Part shown: positions 57,671 to 64,000 of the stretch, in pieces | Layout of the letters: the number at the start of each line of letters is the position of its first letter | Position numbering within the stretch: the stretch's first letter is position 1 | NCBI GenBank assembly: GCA_964441155.1 | Contig: CAYYKL010000002.1 | Location: 58,414-122,413 of the forward strand | Reading direction: 5' to 3' | DNA from: an uncultured Pseudomonadales bacterium | Lineage (GTDB): Bacteria; Patescibacteriota; Microgenomatia; UBA1400; RBG-16-45-19 | DNA: 64,000 nucleotides | Position numbers and translations under genes: made by a program | The notes under the pieces: generated by a model | Database searches by the model: none | Told to the model about the DNA's origin: nothing | The model's input: the letters and a program-made list of their open reading frames with translations, nothing else

Positions 57671-58123
57671 TTAATACTCATCAATGATTATTTTCTTCTG
57701 TTCCATCATTACCTCGAAGGCACCGGGTTTTTTCATCAACTCTTCTATATTTTCTGGCACGATTTGCCAACTTAAACCATATTTGTCTTTACACCAGCCA
57801 CATTGCTCAGAGCTAGGCACGGCTGAAAGTTTGCTCCAGTAGTAATCTATTTCTTGTTGGTCTTTGCACATAATGGCGAAAGAGACTGCTTCAGTAAAGG
57901 TAAAGTCATCACCCGCATTGATGGCCACAAAACGCTGACCCTGTAACTCAAAATCTATGGTTAACACGTTTCCAGCAAAAACTTTTTGAAAATCAGCCAA
58001 TCCTTCTTCTGGATAATACGAAGTGCTATTAATCTTACTGTCTTTGAATACTGAAAGATAAAACTCCACCGCCTCACGAGCATTCCCAGCAAACCAGAGA
58101 TTTGGAATAATTTTTTGTATCAT
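57671..58123 (-). CDS. PhnB-like VOC-fold protein (3-demethylubiquinone-9 3-methyltransferase domain family)
   Basis: N-terminal KIIPNLWFAGNAREAVEFYLSVF is the hallmark of this family. Confidence 0.65.
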   Translation of the reverse strand: MIQKIIPNLWFAGNAREAVEFYLSVFKDSKINSTSYYPEEGLADFQKVFAGNVLTIDFELQGQRFVAINAGDDFTFTEAVSFAIMCKDQQEIDYYWSKLSAVPSSEQCGWCKDKYGLSWQIVPENIEELMKKPGAFEVMMEQKKIIIDEY

Positions 58124-58128
58124 AGTCG

Positions 58129-58509
58129 TTACCCCTCAACTTCAACTTGAAAACCACCCTTGGCCATCCGTTGCATGTCAAAAGGCATTGCCATATCCAT
58201 TTGGTCTTTCATTTGCTCGCTCATTTCTTCCATCACTTTAGCATTAACCTCGTCTCTATGTTCTTTAGAGTTAAAAACGATAAAAGAAAACCAAACTGAG
58301 TCAGCGTCACTTGCTCCAGCCATTTCAGTAAATGCACGAGCTGTATAACCGCCCATTTCTTCTGGAACAAGGTCATCACCCCGGCATTCATAGTATTCGA
58401 GTGCTCCATGCTTCATCCACGAGTCTCGGCCACCTTCGGCCATTTTTTTGTATTCTTCAACTTTATCTTTGGGGACAACAAGCACGAATCCGTCAACGTA
58501 TTTTGCCAT
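58129..58509 (-). CDS. DUF1428 family protein
   Basis: MAKYVDGFVLVVPKDKVEEYKKMAE...WMKHGALEYYEC...FSFIVFNSKEHRDEVNAKVM matches the DUF1428 pattern. Confidence 0.55.
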   Translation of the reverse strand: MAKYVDGFVLVVPKDKVEEYKKMAEGGRDSWMKHGALEYYECRGDDLVPEEMGGYTARAFTEMAGASDADSVWFSFIVFNSKEHRDEVNAKVMEEMSEQMKDQMDMAMPFDMQRMAKGGFQVEVEG

Positions 58510-59089
58510 ATGCTCTTTCCTTTCCTAAAATATTTCTCTTAGTATAGAAGCTGGTGATTTCAATCACAAGTTAAAAAAGCGGTAGAAATTGTAATGATTC
58601 TGTTAAAATTCATGCTTATGAAGCTAGCTAATGACAGCTATACCATTTTCTTGGGGACCAAAAATTTTACCCAGAAGTATTATAAGGACAAAAATGGCTG
58701 GCTGAAGATTTCAGCACGCGGCAATGAATTTAGAATGACCGCTGAGCAAGTCCTCAATCACCTGTTGCCGGCCATTGCCGGTGTCAAACCAAACTTAATA
58801 CTAAAGGTTGAGCACCACGAAACTGAAGAGAATAAGAATAAACTTAGTGAATAAGTTGCTCCCAGTCCATGAATTAACTCGAACCTTGAGAGAGTTGATT
58901 GTTTCTTCGATTGAATATAATCAATTTAATGTTGATGGATTACCGCTGACATGAAAATAATCTAGAAATAATTCTGAAAAAATAAAAATGCTCACTGGGT
59001 TTTGTTAATGGATCGGATATCCGATTTTTCACTTCCCTCAGTGAGCACAATTTTTGCAGCACTTTAAATACTTGAGATTATTTTTAGGC

Positions 59090-59488
59090 TTAATCAGCCC
59101 AGCGTACCAGAAAAGGCCATTCCATAATGAGGCCATCGCCTTCCCTGCACGCAGACACAACATAGAACAATTGGATCCTGATCTCACCACACCCATCGGT
59201 GACATCTGCTTCTTTCTTGAACAGAAAGCCTCGTGCCTCCAATGTGTTCTCGTTGAAGAAAAACCTGTACTTCGCGTAAGACTTCCCGGTGGGAACCCAT
59301 AACACTAACTGTTCTCCTTCATGAACGAGTGCTTTTCTTGCATCGAGACGTTCGACTCCAGGATCTGTGTGTGGAGGGCGGCTAATATAAACCGCACTTG
59401 CAACTACCACCACCAGCAGCACTACCAAATAAAACAACAAGCTTCCGTTTCTTCGCATCAGATTTCTCCTTGTTATCTGAATTAACAC
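59090..59488 (-). CDS. Hypothetical membrane-anchored/secreted protein
   Basis: Basic N-terminus and a TM helix (LLFYLVVLLVVVVASAVYI), then a soluble domain of about 90 aa with no motif. Confidence 0.35.
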   Translation of the reverse strand: MLIQITRRNLMRRNGSLLFYLVVLLVVVVASAVYISRPPHTDPGVERLDARKALVHEGEQLVLWVPTGKSYAKYRFFFNENTLEARGFLFKKEADVTDGCGEIRIQLFYVVSACREGDGLIMEWPFLVRWAD

Positions 59489-59644
59489 AATTTAGTTCTC
59501 AAGTAAATTAAAGTGCTACTCCAAAACAATACAAAAAATTCACGCAGCAAAAGCGTGACTTTGTTATTTTTTTTGTGGAATTTTCATTCCAGGCGAGGAT
59601 TATATCTAAAAGAAGTAGATAAATCAATACTATAGGTCTTATCG

Positions 59645-60511
59645 TTACGGCAAGCTTTCGCACGCTACTCCATCGCCCAATCCCACACTGTCAAGTTTCA
59701 TTGGATCGTTAGTGATCGTGAATCCACAGCCATTAAAGAATGCCTGTGCTGCAGCTTGTGAGCTAAAATCACTACAATCCAAATCTGGTCCGGTGCAAGA
59801 ATTGCCCTGTGCAGGTGCTGATGTTTTTTGAATAGTCTTTGAGGGCACTATAGGAGCAGTGAAGGCTTTTGGAGCTGGAGTCGGAGCCACGGTAATTTGA
59901 CACACATAGGACCAAAGCCCGAGATGATTGTCTCGAGCTTCTCTTTGAGCAGCAACATAGGCTGTCTGGTATTTGTAGGGTTTGTTGTAGGTGTATTCAT
60001 GAGCAAAACCATCCTTAATCATGCTCAGGCCAACATCGGTTCCGTCGTTTAAGAATACGAACCGCAATAATCGCTTGTATTTGTCCTGTTCACCTTGGGT
60101 TGGATCAGCTTCAAGATAAACTGTCTTTCCCGAAACAAACTCTTTCATTTTGTTTGATGCTTCCCTGCCATAGCACTGAACAGGGCTCCTCGGGTCAACG
60201 GTTTCTGGCGTATCTATACCAATAATGCGAATTGTTTCGGTTTTGTTGTTTATAGAGACCTTGATCGTGTCGCCGTCGACCACCGAAACTACCTGAGCTG
60301 GAGTCATCGTTACCGATGGATTTGCCTCAGGCGAAAGCGAGCCAGGATTTGGTTCGCCTGGTGTAATTGTGGGCACCTCTGTTTTCGCTGAATTACTTGA
60401 CTCAAGCGCAGGATTATTTGTGTCAATGTTTGGGGAATTACTATTGATTAAGTAAATCAATAGATTAACCAAAACTAAAACAATCTGATTAATTGTAAGC
60501 ATATTTTCCAA
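59645..60511 (-). CDS. Secreted thermonuclease (SNase-like) fused to C-terminal Excalibur calcium-binding domain
   Basis: N-terminal signal/TM and a Pro-rich linker. SNase core VVDGDTIKV...IRIIGIDTPE...CYGREA...RLLRFV, then ...CTGPDLDCSDF...LGDGVACESLP (Excalibur). Confidence 0.75.
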   Translation of the reverse strand: MENMLTINQIVLVLVNLLIYLINSNSPNIDTNNPALESSNSAKTEVPTITPGEPNPGSLSPEANPSVTMTPAQVVSVVDGDTIKVSINNKTETIRIIGIDTPETVDPRSPVQCYGREASNKMKEFVSGKTVYLEADPTQGEQDKYKRLLRFVFLNDGTDVGLSMIKDGFAHEYTYNKPYKYQTAYVAAQREARDNHLGLWSYVCQITVAPTPAPKAFTAPIVPSKTIQKTSAPAQGNSCTGPDLDCSDFSSQAAAQAFFNGCGFTITNDPMKLDSVGLGDGVACESLP

Positions 60512-60666
60512 ATATCTGTTATTAACTGTTTTACTGAGTCAAAATCAGCAGTATAGCTTCGGCAATTAGATTATCATGATTTCTACGGCGATGCCCGCAA
60601 ACCTTGCAAACACAAAAATCAATCGAAAAAATACAAACTGAGCGGAAGTTGTCGATATATGAAATT

Positions 60667-61383
60667 TTAGTTCTGAGGAATGACTTCAAAGACTATTTTT
60701 TGCGGATCGAGCTGCCTGCTTCCATATATCACTTCAACGCATTCACCTTGCTCAATTGCTTCGAGCTCATCTTTGATTTCATCATTAATCAAAAAAGGTC
60801 CAGTGCCTGAATTTGGAGCATTGACGCCGAACATTGGTTTTTCTTCGTTGTATGCAATATTTCCCTTAGCCCTTATATATGAAGTTATTCCAGGTTTATT
60901 ATATTTTTCGTTGGGCAAATAAATTATCACATTCATTTGAAGCTCATCGTCAACTTCATATGAACGCAATTGTGGGTTGTCGGGTATCAAATCTACTGCT
61001 TTAGTTTCGTCGCCTAATTGATTTTTAGCAATTGATCGAAGAGTGTCACCCGGACCCGTAGTGTATTCTTCTAACAATTCTTTTTTAGGAATTTCGCCTG
61101 TACCATATTCCTTGCAAAAAGCCGGCTCCTTCCCACTTGAGTCAACTTGATTATTATCAGATATTGGTGATGGAGGTTGGGTCACATCGCTTAAGACGTC
61201 AGCGTTTTTTTGCACTTCGATTTTTCCACCGGTTTCGGATATAGATTTATTTACCACAGGATAAGAAAAATAACCTACCAACACTCCAAAAAGCAAAGCG
61301 ACGATCACAGATCCAAAAAGTAAAAATAGATTCCCCTTTGCTGGTGATTGAGCGGCAGGATTTTCGGGAGTTTCGATTGGCAT
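60667..61383 (-). CDS. Membrane-anchored LysM-domain protein
   Basis: N-terminal TM and a central LysM-like motif YTTGPGDTLRSIAKNQLGDETKAVDLIPDNPQL; 238 aa. Confidence 0.5.
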   Translation of the reverse strand: MPIETPENPAAQSPAKGNLFLLFGSVIVALLFGVLVGYFSYPVVNKSISETGGKIEVQKNADVLSDVTQPPSPISDNNQVDSSGKEPAFCKEYGTGEIPKKELLEEYTTGPGDTLRSIAKNQLGDETKAVDLIPDNPQLRSYEVDDELQMNVIIYLPNEKYNKPGITSYIRAKGNIAYNEEKPMFGVNAPNSGTGPFLINDEIKDELEAIEQGECVEVIYGSRQLDPQKIVFEVIPQN

Positions 61384-61486
61384 AATTGAAGAATATCAGC
61401 CTCTGACAAGTTCCACAACCAGCGCTAAATATCGGAAAACTTAAACTGATCAAAAAAAGATAATTTAAGTTCGATTAGGCTCTAAT

Positions 61487-61561
61487 TGGCTCCCCGGCGA
61501 GGACTCGAACCTCGAACCTTGAAGTTAACAGCTTCCTGCTCTGCCATTGAGCTACCGGGGA
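61487..61561 (-). tRNA. tRNA-Asn (anticodon GTT), CCA encoded
   Basis: The reverse complement folds by hand into a cloverleaf with 7-bp acceptor (TCCCCGG/CCGGGGA), D-arm GCTC-AATGGCA-GAGC, anticodon loop CTGTTAA, T-arm CGAGG-TTCGAGT-CCTCG, discriminator G and CCA. Confidence 0.85.
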
Positions 61562-61803
61562 ATAATTTGTTTGATGAATTCTCTACCGCGATAACTCTTC
61601 AACTGTTTTTCTCGTTTAAGAGCTTCGCTTCTGGTATTGAACTCTTCAATGTAAAAGAGCTTCCATTCCCCGGAGTATCGAGCTGTATAACTTCTGTCAA
61701 AGCTGTGATTATTATGTGCCAACACTCTCTCAGCTATGTTTTCAGTTTGACCAATGTATATCTTATTATGTTCCTTGTTGAAAAGAGCATATACGTAATA
61801 CAT
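61552..61803 (-). CDS. Minimal GIY-YIG nuclease-domain protein (YhbQ/Slx1-like catalytic domain only)
   Basis: YYVYALFN...IYIGQTENIAERVLAHN...R...Y...E...N corresponds to the GIY-(x10)-YIG, Arg, Glu and Asn elements of the GIY-YIG fold; 83 aa. The last two codons and TAG stop overlap nt 2-10 of tRNA-Asn. Confidence 0.75.
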   Translation of the reverse strand: MYYVYALFNKEHNKIYIGQTENIAERVLAHNNHSFDRSYTARYSGEWKLFYIEEFNTRSEALKREKQLKSYRGREFIKQIIPR

Positions 61804-61816
61804 TAAGTTATTATAA

Positions 61817-61864
61817 CTTCCTGCTCTGCCTCCGCCGACTGGCGGAGAGCTACCGGGGAATAAT
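61817..61864 (-). repeat. Degenerate direct repeat of the 5' half of tRNA-Asn (nt 1-31 plus 6-nt flank) with an 18-nt palindromic replacement in the D-loop
   Basis: 61817-61864 is identical to 61532-61566 at both ends, except that ATTGA is replaced by TCCGCCGACTGGCGGAGA (stem CTCCGCC/GGCGGAG). It lies 13 nt upstream of the GIY-YIG start. Confidence 0.8.
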
Positions 61865-62145
61865 ATTTACTTGTTAAACGAAATGTTTCAATTACTAGTT
61901 AGTTTCCCGAATGCCATTGATCCCACAAGGGGACTTCTCCACGCTATTCGCTTGGTGCTAGGCATACTCGGTTGAATACTATTCACTTGTTAAGTGACAC
62001 TTTCTCAAGTACCACGATCTGCATTATATCAAAGCCGCGCCGCCTGGAAAGGTGCATTTTGTCTTGGGACAACTACTCCATTCACATCTCAATAATTTTG
62101 CGCTAGGATTGCGGCACAATATAAATTACTTAAACAATAAAGGGC

Positions 62146-62544
62146 ATGAAAACCATTCATCAAACCTATCGCTTCGCTGTCGCACCAGAGATAATTTATA
62201 CAGCATATCTGAATGAAAAAACTCATGCTGATTTTACGGGCTCTCTAGCTGAAATTTTCCCTCAAGTTGGCGGAGCAATTTCTGCTTGGGATGGCTATGC
62301 TACCGGCCGATTTGTGACCCTTGAGCCTAACCGCCTAATCAAACAAACCTGGCACGCTGACACTTGGCCAGATGGTTTGGAATCGATGGTCACGATCACG
62401 CTGGACGCGCAAGGTGCGGGCACGCAATTAGAATTGGTCCACGAAAATGTGCCCGATGATGAAGCTGAATCAATTGAACAGGGCTGGATTGATTATTATT
62501 GGGAACCACTCGAGCGCTATTTGCAACAATCCGAGGCCATTTGA
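62146..62544 (+). CDS. SRPBCC-superfamily protein (AHSA1/polyketide-cyclase-like)
   Basis: 132 aa; TIHQTYRFAVAPEIIYTAYLN...TWHAD...LELVHENVP pattern of the Aha1-like SRPBCC domain. Confidence 0.55.
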   Translation: MKTIHQTYRFAVAPEIIYTAYLNEKTHADFTGSLAEIFPQVGGAISAWDGYATGRFVTLEPNRLIKQTWHADTWPDGLESMVTITLDAQGAGTQLELVHENVPDDEAESIEQGWIDYYWEPLERYLQQSEAI

Positions 62545-62582
62545 CCAAACAACAAGCTGCCGCCACTTTTGATCAAAATGCC

Positions 62583-63266
62583 ATGATGACTCAAGAGTAT
62601 ATGGCGCACGGTGAACGTGTTGGCTGGGCAAGCCACAATAATCCTGTGGACGATCAGAAGGCAGCTCTTCTTTTGGAATTCGTCACTGGGCAGCGATTAC
62701 TTGACGTTGGATGTGCCACTGGCACATATACCAGCCTGGCGTCTCAATTGGGCTCAAGTGTTGGCGTCGATGCCAATCCCTATCTGCTTGAAACAGCGCG
62801 CAACACTCATCCGCACGTGCCGTTTGTGCAGGGCAGTATTTTGCACTTGCCCTTCGCTGACAAATCATTCGACACTACCATTGCCTTTGACATTTTGGAG
62901 CATGTGCCTGAAGCTCAAGCGCTTGAAGAATTAATTCGGGTGACTCAAAAACGCCTGATTTTGTGTGTCCCACACACAACACCTGAGGTGTTAAGCGAAC
63001 TATTCCTGCTCTATGGCCACCATGCCGACATCACTCACTTGCGCACCTATGACCAACAATCGATGCAGCAGGCATTGAAGGCGCACCAATTGACCCCCGT
63101 ATTTCTTCGACCCAGCCATCCCCTCTCAACCGATGCGCTTTTTCTCAATATTTTAGAGGGATCGACCATCTTAAAAAAAACGTTGCGTAAAGCTTGTTTT
63201 GCATTCACTAAACCAAGGCAGTTTTATTCGAATCTCATTGTCGTCGCCGACATTGCAACTCCATGA
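62583..63266 (+). CDS. Class I SAM-dependent methyltransferase
   Basis: Motif I LLDVGCATGTYT, motif post-I (SSVGVDANP), motif II/III FDTTIAFDILEHV. Start chosen at the internal ATG, because the upstream ORF extension overlaps the SRPBCC gene. Confidence 0.7.
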   Translation: MMTQEYMAHGERVGWASHNNPVDDQKAALLLEFVTGQRLLDVGCATGTYTSLASQLGSSVGVDANPYLLETARNTHPHVPFVQGSILHLPFADKSFDTTIAFDILEHVPEAQALEELIRVTQKRLILCVPHTTPEVLSELFLLYGHHADITHLRTYDQQSMQQALKAHQLTPVFLRPSHPLSTDALFLNILEGSTILKKTLRKACFAFTKPRQFYSNLIVVADIATP

Positions 63267-63970
63267 AAAAGCTACCGATCACCTGCATTATTCCTTTCTA
63301 TAACGAAGCCAGTCGGATTCAAGCGGTGCTGAAACAGTTAGTTTCTGTTGCAGGGATTGATGAGATTATTTGCGTTGATGATGGTTCAACTGATACTACT
63401 TCAAAAGAGATTGCCCATACTTTTTCTCACGTTAAAGTCATGCGGCTTGGAAAGAATTCGGGTAAATCGGCAGCCGTGGCAGCAGCACTGCCTGAGATCG
63501 CCTCAACTCATGTCTTGCTCTTTGATGCAGATTTGCATAATTTTTCAGGCACCCAAGTTGTTGAGGCTATTGCTGCCATCGACGAATCAATTGATATGCT
63601 TATCTTTGCCCAAACGCGTGATCCTTGGCTTTTAAAAGCATTGCGCTTTAATATATTGAATTCGGGTGAAAGGATAATAAAAACAAACGTATTGAAAGAA
63701 ATAATTACTACCAAAAAACCAGAACAGTATGCGCTGGAGCCAGTACTAAATCGCTGGTGTTATCAAAAGAAACTAAAGGTCGCCTGGATTCCTTTCGCTT
63801 CGGATAACTACATGAAACTAGAGAAATGGGATGTGTTTTCAGCCATGCTTCGATCAGTGCAATTTTTTCATTCACTTTTCTTTACTCAATCAATGCTCGA
63901 GCTCATTAAAATCCAAAACTACTTTTATCCCAAACAAATCAGTCCTCCCCCATTTACTCAATCAACATAG
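63263..63970 (+). CDS. Family 2 glycosyltransferase
   Basis: ITCIIPFYNEASRI...ICVDDGSTD (GT2 DxD region) and ...LLFDADL...; overlaps the methyltransferase stop by 4 nt. Confidence 0.7.
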   Translation: MKKLPITCIIPFYNEASRIQAVLKQLVSVAGIDEIICVDDGSTDTTSKEIAHTFSHVKVMRLGKNSGKSAAVAAALPEIASTHVLLFDADLHNFSGTQVVEAIAAIDESIDMLIFAQTRDPWLLKALRFNILNSGERIIKTNVLKEIITTKKPEQYALEPVLNRWCYQKKLKVAWIPFASDNYMKLEKWDVFSAMLRSVQFFHSLFFTQSMLELIKIQNYFYPKQISPPPFTQST

Positions 63971-64000
63971 CATCGCCAAAACTGAAGAAGCGATATTGAT

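Noticed and set aside
58594-58854. 86-aa plus-strand ORF between minus-strand clusters
   Set aside because: No motif or Shine-Dalgarno sequence. It could be real but is unsupported, so it is not listed as a feature.
1-64000. CRISPR arrays, integrases, transposases, phage structural genes
   Set aside because: A manual scan found no regularly spaced direct repeats, and no ORF carries integrase (R..H..R..Y), DDE or HUH transposase motifs. The GIY-YIG cassette is the only candidate mobile unit.
1-64000. Alternative genetic code (UGA recoding, code 25/4)
   Set aside because: Long ORFs with good domain coverage (CopA 774 aa, ABC exporter 595 aa, DipZ-like 573 aa) are uninterrupted under the standard code. 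There is no sign of in-frame stop read-through being needed.

Overview
This 64 kb window comes from a low-GC bacterial chromosome that uses the standard genetic code. It is densely packed with short genes, most of them on the minus strand. I saw no rRNA genes, no CRISPR array, and no integrase or transposase. All calls below are motif-level readings made by eye from the ORF translations, and no searches were run.

Main blocks, in order:
- A complete copper-homeostasis operon (csoR, a DUF305 gene, copA, a membrane protein with a cupredoxin-like tail, copZ).
- A divergent TGT-family transglycosylase behind a near-leaderless promoter, with its preQ1-specificity residues replaced.
- A SUF Fe-S assembly operon (sufC, sufB, sufD, sufS, sufU) interrupted by two NUDIX genes, a four-helix-bundle gene, a SIMPL-domain gene and an orphan ORF.
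- A Y-family DNA polymerase with a small upstream overlapping ORF, arranged divergently from an SRAP (MCGR-type) abasic-site peptidase.
- A run of small detoxification and stress enzymes (Tag glycosylase, Dabb, MFS, SGNH, SDR, VOC, HD, S51 peptidase, alpha/beta hydrolases, ZIP).
- A DEAD-box helicase, then an extracytoplasmic thiol-redox pair (DipZ-like CcdA-thioredoxin fusion plus a secreted thioredoxin) next to an unusual IMPDH-fold protein.
- A cell-envelope cluster (GT-C-like glycosyltransferase, Excalibur-domain protein, O-antigen-ligase-like protein, secreted Pro/Thr-rich He_PIG protein) and HflX.
- Two XRE-regulator/membrane-protein pairs and a cluster of seven tiny stress-type genes that includes three DUF1801 paralogs.
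- A secreted thermonuclease-Excalibur fusion and a LysM protein.

The findings I rank highest:
- tRNA-Asn locus: a minimal GIY-YIG nuclease cassette is inserted into tRNA-Asn(GTT). Its stop codon overlaps the tRNA 5' end, and the cassette is bracketed by an imperfect direct repeat of tRNA nucleotides 1-31 plus flank. The distal repeat copy carries an 18-nt palindromic replacement in the D-loop.
- Candidate three-gene module at 48211-49838: an uncharacterised 209-aa protein, a DUF1801 protein and a leaderless 171-aa cytoplasmic trypsin-like protease.
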